Positions 1 to 14,467 of a stretch of 64,000 bases of DNA are shown piece by piece. The position numbers were made by a program, and so were the translations under genes. Numbering within the stretch: position 1 is the first letter of the stretch; every line of letters starts with the position of its first letter. Under the pieces are notes generated by a model. The model was given only the letters and a program-made list of their open reading frames with translations. It made no database searches and was not told the DNA's origin. The DNA comes from Alphaproteobacteria bacterium (GTDB lineage: Bacteria; Pseudomonadota; Alphaproteobacteria; GCA-2746255). Location: assembly GCA_965249135.1 (NCBI GenBank), contig OZ252220.1, positions 1,184,001-1,248,000 on the forward strand. Reading direction: 5' to 3'.

Positions 1-1371
1 GCGATCCAGGAGGTCATCGATCACCTGGAAGGCAGCAACATGGTGTTCATCACGGCTGGCCTCGGCGGCGGCACGGGAACCGGCGGTGCGCCGGTCATCG
101 CGCGGGCCGCACGCGAGAAAGGCATCCTTACCGTCGGCGTCGTGACGAAACCCTTCGCCTTCGAAGGCACGCAACGGATGCGGATCGCCGAGATGGGGAT
201 GAATGAGCTGCAGCAATATGTCGATACCCTGATCGTCATCCCGAACCAGAACCTTTTCCGGGTGGCGAACGAGACGACGACGTTTGCCGACGCGTTCAAG
301 ATGGCGGACGACGTCCTGCAATCCGGCGTGCGTGGGGTCACCGATCTCATGATCATGCCGGGCCTGATCAACCTCGACTTCGCCGACATCCGGACCGTCA
401 TGAGCGAGATGGGCAAGGCGATGATGGGCACCGGCGAAGCGGAAGGCGACCAGCGTGGCCTGAAAGCCGCCGAAGCCGCCATCGCGAACCCGCTGCTCGA
501 CGACGTGACGATGAAGGGCGCCCGCGGGGTGCTGATCAACATCACCGGCGGAATGGACATGACGCTTTTCGAGGTCGACGAAGCGGCGAACCGAATCCGC
601 GAGGAGGTCGATCCAGAGGCAAACATCATCTTCGGCTCCACCTTCGAGGAGTCGCTGGAAGGGCGCATGCGGGTCTCCGTCGTCGCCACGGGCATCGATC
701 TGGATGCGAAAGTTGCACCGAAGCCGACACGGATCAGCCTGGTCGCCGAACACGGTCAGCCGATCCCGGTAGGCAGTGCGTCTGGCCCTGCCGCAAGCAT
801 CGAGACGATCCAGCCGACGCTCAATGCGCGGACGGAAATGGGCATCCAACGCCAGGGCGGTGAGGCGACCGCCGCGGCTACGCCTGAGCCGGTGACGGCA
901 CCATTCGATCCGCCGTTCATCGCACCGGAGCCGGTAGCACCGGCGGCACCGAGGCATGCCGAGCCGGATCCGTTTGCCGCCGCCGCCATGGCGAATGGCA
1001 GCCAGCGGCCGGGGGCAGAGTCGCGTCCGAGCCTGTTCGAGCGGATGACGGGCACCGGACGGGCGGCCCGCCCACAGGAGACGGCGGCGATCCCGGCGGC
1101 GATCCCGGCGGCGATCCCGGCGGCGATCCCGGCGGAGACGCAGCCGACGATCCCACCCATCCTGGAGGAACCGGCGGCGCAAAGGGCGGCCCCGCCGATG
1201 GCGGAAAGCCGGCCAGCAACCCCGCCGATGGCGGAAAGCCGGCCGATTCCCCCGGCCCAGCCGCGCTTTGAGGAGGGCACGGCCGCCGAGCCTGAGACGC
1301 CGGAGGAGGCGGAGAGCCAGGAGGAGGATCTCCTCGAGATCCCGGCTTTCTTGAGGCGGCAGGCGAACTGA
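1..1371 (+). CDS. ftsZ: Cell division protein FtsZ (5' truncated by window edge)
   Basis: Tubulin signature GGGTGTG, NLDFAD, C-terminal [12 protein letters not shown]; frame open from base 1; long Pro/Ala linker typical of alphaproteobacteria. Confidence 0.98.
   Translation, partial: AIQEVIDHLEGSNMVFITAGLGGGTGTGGAPVIARAAREKGILTVGVVTKPFAFEGTQRMRIAEMGMNELQQYVDTLIVIPNQNLFRVANETTTFADAFKMADDVLQSGVRGVTDLMIMPGLINLDFADIRTVMSEMGKAMMGTGEAEGDQRGLKAAEAAIANPLLDDVTMKGARGVLINITGGMDMTLFEVDEAANRIREEVDPEANIIFGSTFEESLEGRMRVSVVATGIDLDAKVAPKPTRISLVAEHGQPIPVGSASGPAASIETIQPTLNARTEMGIQRQGGEATAAATPEPVTAPFDPPFIAPEPVAPAAPRHAEPDPFAAAAMANGSQRPGAESRPSLFERMTGTGRAARPQETAAIPAAIPAAIPAAIPAETQPTIPPILEEPAAQRAAPPMAESRPATPPMAESRPIPPAQPRFEEGTAAEPETPEEAESQEEDLLEIPAFLRRQAN
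1084..1131 (+). repeat. 4 x 12-bp tandem repeat GCGGCGATCCCG (AAIP x4) in the FtsZ linker
   Basis: Read directly; a second duplication with 30-bp period (PPMAESRP x2) lies at 1191-1244. Confidence 0.95.
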
Positions 1372-1505
1372 ACGCCGGGAAGGAGCGCGCGGATTGCCCG
1401 TAACATTTTGTAACAAAACGTGATTTGAATGCCCGGGGGGAGATTTGATACACCCCCCGGAGCATTCGAATCTTGGTTAATCCGTTAAGAGAAGTATATT
1501 TCCAA

Positions 1506-2438
1506 GTGAAGTCGGTTTTCCAAAAAACCCTGCGTAGCGAAATTTCCTGCACCGGAACGGGGCTGCACACCGGCGCACACGTCACCATGACGATGCGTCC
1601 CGCCAAACCGGACACCGGGATCGTGTTCCGGCGCACGGACATCGCCGGCGAAGGCGCCGAACTCGCGGCGCGTTGGAACCACGTCGTCGACACGGTCATG
1701 GGTACGACGATCGGAAATGCCAACGACATTCGCGTTGCCACCGTCGAGCATCTGATGGCCGCCCTTTACGGTTGCGAAATCGACAACGCAATCATCGACA
1801 TCTCGGGCCCCGAAGTACCCGTGATGGACGGCAGCGCCGCTCCATTCGTCTTTCTCATTGAATGCGCCGGCATCCAGGAACAGGACGCGCAGCGGATGGC
1901 GATTAAAATTCTGAAACCGATCGTCGTTCAGGATGGCAATCGCAGCGCCTCGCTTTCACCGGCCCCGGTCTTTTCCATCGAATGCGAAATTTATTTCGAG
2001 AGCCCGGCCATCTCTCGGCAGAGCTGCCACTTCCACCTCTCGAACGGCACCTTCAAGTCGGATATCTGCCGGGCCCGGACCTTCGGTTTTGAAGAAGAGG
2101 TGAGCAAGCTTCGCGCGGCAGGCCTGGCGCGCGGCGGTTCGCTGAAAAACGCCGTCGTCGTCAGCCGCGATGGCGAAAAGGTGCTGAACGAGGAAGGCTT
2201 GCGCTATGAAGACGAATTCGTCCGGCACAAGGCCCTCGACTGCATCGGCGACCTCTACCTGGCCGGCACGTCGATTCGCGGTCTGTACCGCGGCCTTTAT
2301 TCCGGGCATACGCTGAACAACCAGCTTCTACACAAGCTCTTCGAAGAGAAGGACGCGTTCCGCCGCGTGCCCGCGGAAGAAACCACCCATGCAAACGAAA
2401 CATGGGAACCCCCTCATTTAAACGCGATGGAAGCCTGA
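1506..2438 (+). CDS. lpxC: UDP-3-O-acyl-GlcNAc deacetylase LpxC (start uncertain, 1473 or 1506)
   Basis: [30 protein letters not shown] zinc motifs; follows ftsZ. Confidence 0.96.
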   Translation: MKSVFQKTLRSEISCTGTGLHTGAHVTMTMRPAKPDTGIVFRRTDIAGEGAELAARWNHVVDTVMGTTIGNANDIRVATVEHLMAALYGCEIDNAIIDISGPEVPVMDGSAAPFVFLIECAGIQEQDAQRMAIKILKPIVVQDGNRSASLSPAPVFSIECEIYFESPAISRQSCHFHLSNGTFKSDICRARTFGFEEEVSKLRAAGLARGGSLKNAVVVSRDGEKVLNEEGLRYEDEFVRHKALDCIGDLYLAGTSIRGLYRGLYSGHTLNNQLLHKLFEEKDAFRRVPAEETTHANETWEPPHLNAMEA

Positions 2439-2479
2439 CCAAGGCCTGCGTTTTTTAAGTTCGCGTAACTCCGCACTTT

Positions 2480-2506
2480 CGCCGCCGGTTCCGGCGGTGT
2501 TTTTTT
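2480..2506 (+). terminator. Probable intrinsic terminator after lpxC
   Basis: CGCCGCCG-GTTC-CGGCGGTG stem-loop followed by T7. Confidence 0.6.
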
Positions 2507-2624
2507 ATCCACGCCTTGGCCATGCCTTGACTTGCGCCGCCGAAACCCCCTGGGAATCGGCCTTCGGCGTGGTATATTCAAAGGCCAAGGGGGTGGCCGG
2601 TCCCGCGCATATCCCAGGAGTTCG

Positions 2625-3482
2625 ATGACACCCTCGATGAAGCCCAACCGATGCGAAGCCTTCCGGTGGTTGTTTGCGGCGTCCGTCGCAATCTGCCTGC
2701 TCGGCGCCTGCTCTTCCGACGACGACGCGGATTCCGGCACGTTTATCGACGATGAGGCCATTTTCATCGAACGGCCGGCCTCCGAGCTCTACAACCATGC
2801 CATGGACGTGCTGATCGAGGGGGATATCAAGAACGCCATCACCGCCTTCGATGAAGTCGAACGCCAGCACCCCTATTCGGTGTGGGCGACGAAGGCCCAG
2901 TTGATGGCCGCCTACAGCTTTTATCTGCGCAACGACTACGACGAGGCGATCACCGCGCTTGATCGTTTTATCCAGCTCCACCCGGGCAATCCGGACACCC
3001 CTTACGCCTATTACCTGAAGGCGCTCAGCTACTACGAGCAGATCTCGGATGTGAGCCGCGACCAAAAAATGACGAAGGAGGCCGCCGCGGCGCTGCAGAC
3101 GCTGATCCGTCGTTTTCCGAACAGCAAATACTCCCGCGCCGGACGCCTTAAGCTCGAATTCACCCATAACCATCTGGCCGGGAAAGAGATGGAAATCGGT
3201 CGTTACTATCTGAAACGCAACAACCACCTTGCGGCGATCAAACGGTTCCGGTCGGTCGTCGAAAACTACCAAAACACGCAACAGGTCGCCGAGGCCCTGC
3301 ACCGGTTGACGGAGTCCTATATCGCCCTTGGCCTCATCGACGAGGCGCGCAAGACGGCCGCCGTACTCGGCTATAATTTCCCAGGCAGTCCGTGGTACCA
3401 GGACAGCTACGATCTCTTCACGAAGAGAAAATTGCAGCCGCTGGTGGCGGCCACGCCCGCACCCGCCAAATCCAACCCGTAA
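2625..3482 (+). CDS. bamD: Outer membrane assembly lipoprotein BamD
   Basis: Lipobox LGAC, TPR-like helices, ERQHPYSVWATKAQLM, LAGKEMEIGRYY; AGGAG RBS before 2625; lpxC-bamD-recN synteny. Confidence 0.93.
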   Translation: MTPSMKPNRCEAFRWLFAASVAICLLGACSSDDDADSGTFIDDEAIFIERPASELYNHAMDVLIEGDIKNAITAFDEVERQHPYSVWATKAQLMAAYSFYLRNDYDEAITALDRFIQLHPGNPDTPYAYYLKALSYYEQISDVSRDQKMTKEAAAALQTLIRRFPNSKYSRAGRLKLEFTHNHLAGKEMEIGRYYLKRNNHLAAIKRFRSVVENYQNTQQVAEALHRLTESYIALGLIDEARKTAAVLGYNFPGSPWYQDSYDLFTKRKLQPLVAATPAPAKSNP

Positions 3483-3497
3483 GGCCCTTCAACGCCC

Positions 3498-9291
<5,794 letters not shown>

Positions 9292-9299
<8 letters not shown>

Positions 9300-11598
9300 T
9301 CCCCTCTTTTGAACCAGCCTCGGTCACGAAGTTTGCCATGACCTTCTTCCGCCCGGCCTTGTCGAAGGAAACCTCGAGTCGGTCACCCTCGGAGCTAAGC
9401 ACGAGGCCGTAGCCGAACTTCTGATGAAAGACGCGGGAGCCTGCGACGAGGACCATCGGTTCATTGGCAATGACGCTCGCTTTTCCTTCCAGCGTGCGGC
9501 CTTCCAGCGCCCGGCCTTTCAGCGTACGTGTGCGGCGCGTGTGAGAACCGTCCGCGGCCTCCCACTGAAAGGCGCTTGCGGTCTCGCGCAGGCCGGGCGT
9601 GCCGCCATAGGCTCCGCCGTAAAGGCCCGTCTCCGTGTCCACCTCGACGTGATCGGCCGGCAATTCGTCGAGGAAGCGCGAGGGAATATTGCTTTGCCAT
9701 TGATTGTAAATCCGCCGGTTCGCGGCGAAGGAAAGGTAGACGCGCTTGCGCGCCCGGGTCAGTCCGACATAGGCCAGCCGCCGTTCCTCTTCGAGGCCGG
9801 CATTGCCCTCTTCGTCCAGCGTGCGCTGATGGGGGAACACGCCTTCCTCCCATCCCGGCAGGAAGACGGCGTCGAATTCGAGTCCCTTGGCGCTGTGCAG
9901 CGTCATCAGGCTGACCATGTCGCTGGTCTCACCGCCCGCAGCCTCGTTCTCCATGATCAGGCTCACATGTTCGAGGAAGCCGCCCAAGGTCTCGAATTCC
10001 TCTAACGCGGCGACCAGCTCTTTCAGGTTCTCCAGACGCCCAGGTGCTGCCGGCGATTTATCCTTCTGCCACATTTCCGTGTAGCCGGATTCCTCGAGCA
10101 CAAGGGCGGCAAGGGCGGCGTGGGGCGTGTTGTCGAGCAGGCTTCGCCAGCGAGCGAAGTCCTCGATGAGGCCGGAAAGGGCGCGCCTGGCGCGGGGTTT
10201 CAGTTCGTCCGTCGTCACGAGCCGGGCGGCGGACGCGTTAAGCGATATCGTTTTCGCGCGGGCCAAGCGATGGACGGTCTGAAGCGTCGCCTCGCCCAGC
10301 CCACGCTTTGGCGTATTCACGATGCGCTCGAAGGCGAGGTCGTCGCCGGGGTGAACGAGGACCCGCAAATAGGCGATCGCATCCCGGATTTCCTGACGCT
10401 CGTAGAAGCGGAGGCTGCCGACGATGCGATAGGGCACGCCAAGGGTGACGAAGCGTTCCTCGAACTCGCGGGTCTGGAACCCGGCGCGGACCAGAATGGC
10501 AATCTCGTTCAAGGCATGGCCTTTGCGATGGAGGTTCTCGACCTCCTCGCCGACCAGGCGGGCCTCTTCCTCGCCATCCCACACGCCGCGTAAGAGAAGC
10601 TTTTCCCCTTCCTCGTGCTCCGTCCACAGCCGCTTGCCAAGCCGGCCCGCGTTCTTCGCGATGAGGTCGGAGGCGGCACCCAGGATATGGTGGGTCGAAC
10701 GGTAGTTGCGTTCGAGCCGGATGACCTTGGCGCCCGGAAAGTCCTTTTCGAAACGTAAGATGTTGCCGACCTCCGCCCCCCGCCAGCCATAGATCGACTG
10801 ATCGTCGTCGCCGACGACGCAAAGATTCCGGCTTCCTTTCGCCAGAAGACGAAGCCAGAGATACTGCGCGACGTTCGAATCCTGGTACTCGTCGACGAGC
10901 AGGTAGCGAAAGCGCCGCTGCCAATTCTGCAACACGTCTTCGTGTTCCGTGAAAAGGGTCAGGCAATGCAAGATGAGATCGCCGAAATCGACGGCGTTGA
11001 GCGCCTTCAACCGTTCCTGATAAAGGGCGTAAAGCTTGGGCCCCTTGCCGCCGGCAAACTCGGAGGCTTGTGCGGCCGATACCTTACCGGGCGTGAGCCC
11101 GCGGTCCTTCCAGCGTTGGATCAGGTTCGAAAGCACGCGCGCCGGCCAGCGTTTCTCGTCCAGATTCGCCGCTGAGAGCACCTGCTTGAGCAAGCGCAGC
11201 TGGTCGTCCATGTCGAGGATCGTGAAGGAGGATTGAAGGCCCAGAAGTTCCGCATGGCGCCTTAGGATCTGGGCACAGACGGAATGGAAGGTGCCGATCA
11301 TAAGGCCTTCGACGGCGCGGCCGATGAGGGCGCCGACGCGTTCCTTCATCTCGCGGGATGCCTTGTTCGTGAAGGTGACGGCCAGGATCTGCCCCGGGAT
11401 GGCGTGGCCGGTGAGCAGGATGTGGGCAATGCGCGTCGTCAGCACCCGCGTCTTGCCGGTGCCGGCACCGGCCAGCACGAGCAGCGGGCCATCAAGGGTT
11501 TCCACCGCCTGGCGCTGTTCCGGGTTGAGACCATCGAGGTAGGCCCGGCGGGCGGGCACCGGTACGCGGGCCTGATTTTCGACATCAAGGTTCGTCAT
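9292..11598 (-). CDS. uvrD: UvrD/PcrA family SF1 DNA helicase
   Basis: AGAGTGKT, TFTNKA, DEYQD, VGDDDQSIYGWRG, LERNYRS, TLHSAKGLEF, EERRLAYVGLTRA, C-terminal tudor-like HQKFGYG. Confidence 0.96.
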
Positions 11599-11617
11599 GC
11601 ATTCTTATACCCAATTT
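11555..11617 (-). repeat. Direct repeat copy 1: -10-like TATAAG plus the uvrD start in use (MTNLDVENQARVPVP)
   Basis: Ungapped alignment to 14401-14463. Confidence 0.9.
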
Positions 11618-11657
11618 TTCCTGCTTGGTGCTGACGCGGCGGTTCTTGCCGGCGAGT

Positions 11658-12746
11658 TCACTGTTGAACAAGAGACTGCCAAAGCGACACTCCCGCCGGC
11701 GATGCCTCAACGGTTATGAAGCGCTGATGAATGAATCCTACAGCCAAGCTGGCGGCAGCGGGTTTGGGCATTTCGCTCCAAAAAAGGGCCTGGTCCACAA
11801 AGTCGTCCCATCCGTGGAATAGGGTGAGGCCAATGCCGAATCCATTGGCCCATTGCGTAAGTGCGGCAGCATCCAGAGGTTTCTGGCGGTCGGAAACCAT
11901 GACTAAGGCAACCTCTTGTACGGCCATATCGATGCACTTCTTGGCGAAGATATGCACGTCGGAGACGGAAACCGGCTTGTCGCGCACCTCGATGGCTTTT
12001 TCGATGATAGCGGGATCAGCGGCGGAGCGGACACATACATCGCCGGGATATTTGCGGCTGGGATCATTGACGCGGCCACTATCAACCCGGTCGGTCCCAG
12101 CAAAGACATCCATCAGACCGGCAACGACAGCCTGAGCGCGGCGTCCGCCTTCTGAATTCTCCTGGACGACCTGCCGAATGACGGCGGTTAGGCGGTCCAC
12201 AGTGATTTCGACTTCATCCGCGTGATGCGTATAACGGAGCTGATAGCGGCGGCGCACGGCGATGAAAGCCCGCAGCGCCGCGCGCGCCGGGGCTTCGTCG
12301 GGCATGTCCTGAAGTTCCCGGACTAGTCCAACCATGTAGTCGAAGGCAGTCCGGCTCCCGCGACGGACCGGCGTGCCATCGTCAAGGCGGGTCATGCGGA
12401 AGTACGGCTGGTTGTTGAGGGGCTGCCTGCCGGTAACGCCGAGGCTGACGCCGAATTCGGCAGCGAGGGGAACAAGCACGTTCTCAGCGAGTATGCGCGC
12501 CGAAAAGGCGTTGGGATTGTCGGGTGCGTGCTCCGGCTTGATCGCAAAGAGGTCGGCCCTGTGGTCCACGGCCTTTGCGAGCATGACTGTGCCGAGAAAT
12601 GCGATATGGGTTCTCGAGCCTCCTTTCTCGCAGAGCAAAGATAATTTCTCGACCTTTTCGAGCCACTCCTGATCGACAGGTCCGGAAGCGATCTCGGATG
12701 CTTCATCTCGGAAAACAGCCGCGGCGCAGTCGTCTTTAATCTTCAT
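11658..12746 (-). CDS. Putative type II restriction endonuclease, SacI family
   Basis: SARILAENVLVP..LGVTGRQPLNNQPYFR and PD-(D/E)xK-like PGDV...IEVRDK; overlaps the controller gene by 11 nt; divergent C5-MTase. Family recognised by eye. Confidence 0.72.
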   Translation of the reverse strand: MKIKDDCAAAVFRDEASEIASGPVDQEWLEKVEKLSLLCEKGGSRTHIAFLGTVMLAKAVDHRADLFAIKPEHAPDNPNAFSARILAENVLVPLAAEFGVSLGVTGRQPLNNQPYFRMTRLDDGTPVRRGSRTAFDYMVGLVRELQDMPDEAPARAALRAFIAVRRRYQLRYTHHADEVEITVDRLTAVIRQVVQENSEGGRRAQAVVAGLMDVFAGTDRVDSGRVNDPSRKYPGDVCVRSAADPAIIEKAIEVRDKPVSVSDVHIFAKKCIDMAVQEVALVMVSDRQKPLDAAALTQWANGFGIGLTLFHGWDDFVDQALFWSEMPKPAAASLAVGFIHQRFITVEASPAGVSLWQSLVQQ

Positions 12747-12981
12747 GGGGACCGCCTTCCTCGTTGGCCGCCAGCTCGAGAAGGTCACCAGGTTTGCAGC
12801 CTAGGGCGATGCAGAGCTTTTCGATTGTGCTCAGGCGGGTATTATACATCGGCCGGGTGGCGAGGGATTCGAGCGTGGCGCGTGACAGGCCGGTGCGCTT
12901 TGCCAACAGCTCGTAGGTCATCCGCTCACCCGTCCGGCGGCGATGTTCTTCCATGACTTCCCGGAGCTTGACCCGTAGCAA
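12736..12981 (-). CDS. Small Xre/Cro-C1 HTH regulator, probable R-M controller (C) protein
   Basis: TYELLAKRTGLSRATLESL...TIEKLCIALGCKPGDLL; TTG start with GAGGG RBS; directly upstream of the REase. Confidence 0.85.
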   Translation of the reverse strand: MLRVKLREVMEEHRRRTGERMTYELLAKRTGLSRATLESLATRPMYNTRLSTIEKLCIALGCKPGDLLELAANEEGGPHED

Positions 12982-12995
12982 GTGTCCCTCAAAAC

Positions 12996-13010
12996 TGTAT
13001 TGACAATACA
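12996..13010. promoter_or_regulatory. Perfect palindrome TGTATTG-A-CAATACA, candidate controller operator
   Basis: 7-1-7 inverted repeat in the 100-bp divergent intergenic region; contains TTGACA (+, 13000-13005) and TATTGT (-). Confidence 0.6.
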
Positions 13011-13081
13011 AGCTCTTTCCCTGTAACTCTAAATTTGGAACATATTAAGCTGACCCGCTCGAGAAGTTGTAGGAGGAACGT

Positions 13082-14365
13082 GTGACGGCACGCAAATTGA
13101 CGGCCATCAGCCTTTATACCGGCGTCGGCGGACTCGATTTCGGGTTTGAGGCGGCCGGCTTCGAGACAGTAGCGGCGGTCGAAATAGATCCCGTAGCATG
13201 CCGGACAATGCGCCTCAACCGGCCCGAATGGCGGTTGCTGGAAGGTGACATTCACGAGATTAGCTCGCAGACAATTCTTGAAACTGCTGGGCTAAAGCTT
13301 GGCGAAGCGGATGTACTAATTGGCGGGCCGCCGTGTCAGCCTTTTTCCAAATCCTCCTATTGGGTGAACGGAGACGCGTCGCGCCTTGATGATCCGCGCG
13401 CCGATACGCTGACGGGCTATCTCCGGGTTCTGAGGGACACACGCCCCAAGGCGTTCCTTTTGGAGAATGTCTATGGGCTTGTCTACAAGGACAAGGATGA
13501 GGGATTGCGGCATCTGCTGGAAGGGATTGATCAGATCAACCATGAAACGGGAACCCAATACGCTGTTAGCTGGAAAATGCTGAACGCAGCTCATTACGGT
13601 GTGCCGCAAATTCGGGAGCGCGTTTTCCTGATCGGTAGCCGGGATGGCACCGTTTTTCAGTTTCTGGCACCAACGCACGGGGAGGCGGGTGAGAACGGGC
13701 TGCTTGAATGCCGAGAATCCTATCGAACCGCCTGGGATGCGATAGGCGATCTGCTGCGTATGCCGAACGAGCCGTCCCTCGCGGTTGGCGGAAAATGGGC
13801 TGATCTGCTTCCGACGATTCCCGAGAGACAGAACTATCTATGGCATACGAACCGTGGCGGTGGTTCGTCGCTGTTCGGGTGGCGCACACGGTACTGGAGC
13901 TTCCTACTGAAGCTGGCCAAGAACCAGCCGTCATGGACGATTCAGGCGCAGCCCGGATCGGCGATTGGTCCCTTCCACTGGTGTAATCGCAAGCTTTCCA
14001 TCCAGGAAATGTGCAGGTTGCAAACCTTCCCTGATGGGCTGATCTTCGATTGCGGAAGGACCAACGTGCAAAAGATGCTCGGCAATGCCGTGCCTTCACT
14101 TTTGACCGAAGTGCTGGCCCGTGAAATTCGGCAGCAGCTACTCAAAGACAAAGCCGATCCGGGGCCGCTGGGACTAATGCCGCCGGTTCGGACGCCTGTG
14201 CCGACGCCAGAGCCGGTGGCTTCATTGCCGCGCAAGTACCTTCCACTGATCGGTGATCACCCCGATCATCCGGGAGAGGGAAAGCTTCAAGCAAAGAGAA
14301 AGCAGAAAAAAGAAGAAAAGGCTGACGCGTTGCCGCTGCTCGCGCAAACGGGCGCCGGCAACTGA
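13082..14365 (+). CDS. DNA (cytosine-5) methyltransferase
   Basis: Motif I SLYTGVGG, IV GGPPCQPFS, VI ENV, VIII PQIRERVF, IX RLQTFPD, X GNAVP. Confidence 0.96.
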   Translation: MTARKLTAISLYTGVGGLDFGFEAAGFETVAAVEIDPVACRTMRLNRPEWRLLEGDIHEISSQTILETAGLKLGEADVLIGGPPCQPFSKSSYWVNGDASRLDDPRADTLTGYLRVLRDTRPKAFLLENVYGLVYKDKDEGLRHLLEGIDQINHETGTQYAVSWKMLNAAHYGVPQIRERVFLIGSRDGTVFQFLAPTHGEAGENGLLECRESYRTAWDAIGDLLRMPNEPSLAVGGKWADLLPTIPERQNYLWHTNRGGGSSLFGWRTRYWSFLLKLAKNQPSWTIQAQPGSAIGPFHWCNRKLSIQEMCRLQTFPDGLIFDCGRTNVQKMLGNAVPSLLTEVLAREIRQQLLKDKADPGPLGLMPPVRTPVPTPEPVASLPRKYLPLIGDHPDHPGEGKLQAKRKQKKEEKADALPLLAQTGAGN

Positions 14366-14400
14366 ATTCATTTCGTTTGAAGAAAAAGCGTAATGATTTC

Positions 14401-14463
14401 GGCACCGGCGCGCTCGCCTGATTTTCGACACCGAGATTCGTCATGCGGACTTATACCCCATTT
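14401..14463 (-). repeat. Direct repeat copy 2: orphan uvrD start (MTNLGVENQASAPVP) plus TATAAG
   Basis: Second copy of the uvrD 5' end, 4 nt past the clc stop; similarity to UvrD ends after codon 15. Confidence 0.9.
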
Positions 14464-14467
14464 GGGC

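Larger units (their letters stand above)
11555..14463. mobile_element. Restriction-modification cassette inserted at the uvrD 5' end, flanked by 63-bp imperfect direct repeats
   Basis: 11555-11617 and 14401-14463 align ungapped at 52/63 (offset 2846); contents are only the controller, REase and MTase genes. Confidence 0.85.

Noticed and set aside
1395-1490. CtrA site or terminator between ftsZ and lpxC
   Set aside because: TAAC and TTAA spacings are 10 and 8 nt rather than 11; the CCGGGGGG/CCCCCCGG hairpin (1433-1460) has no U tail
2505-2513. DnaA-like TTATCCACG upstream of bamD
   Set aside because: Single mismatched box overlapping a terminator tail; compatible with chance
11642-11659. GTTC..GTTC upstream of uvrD as a LexA box
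   Set aside because: Spacer is 10 nt; the alphaproteobacterial consensus is GTTC-N7-GTTC
11618-14400. No GAGCTC spotted inside the R-M cassette
   Set aside because: Region is too short for absence of one hexamer to be informative, and the check was by eye
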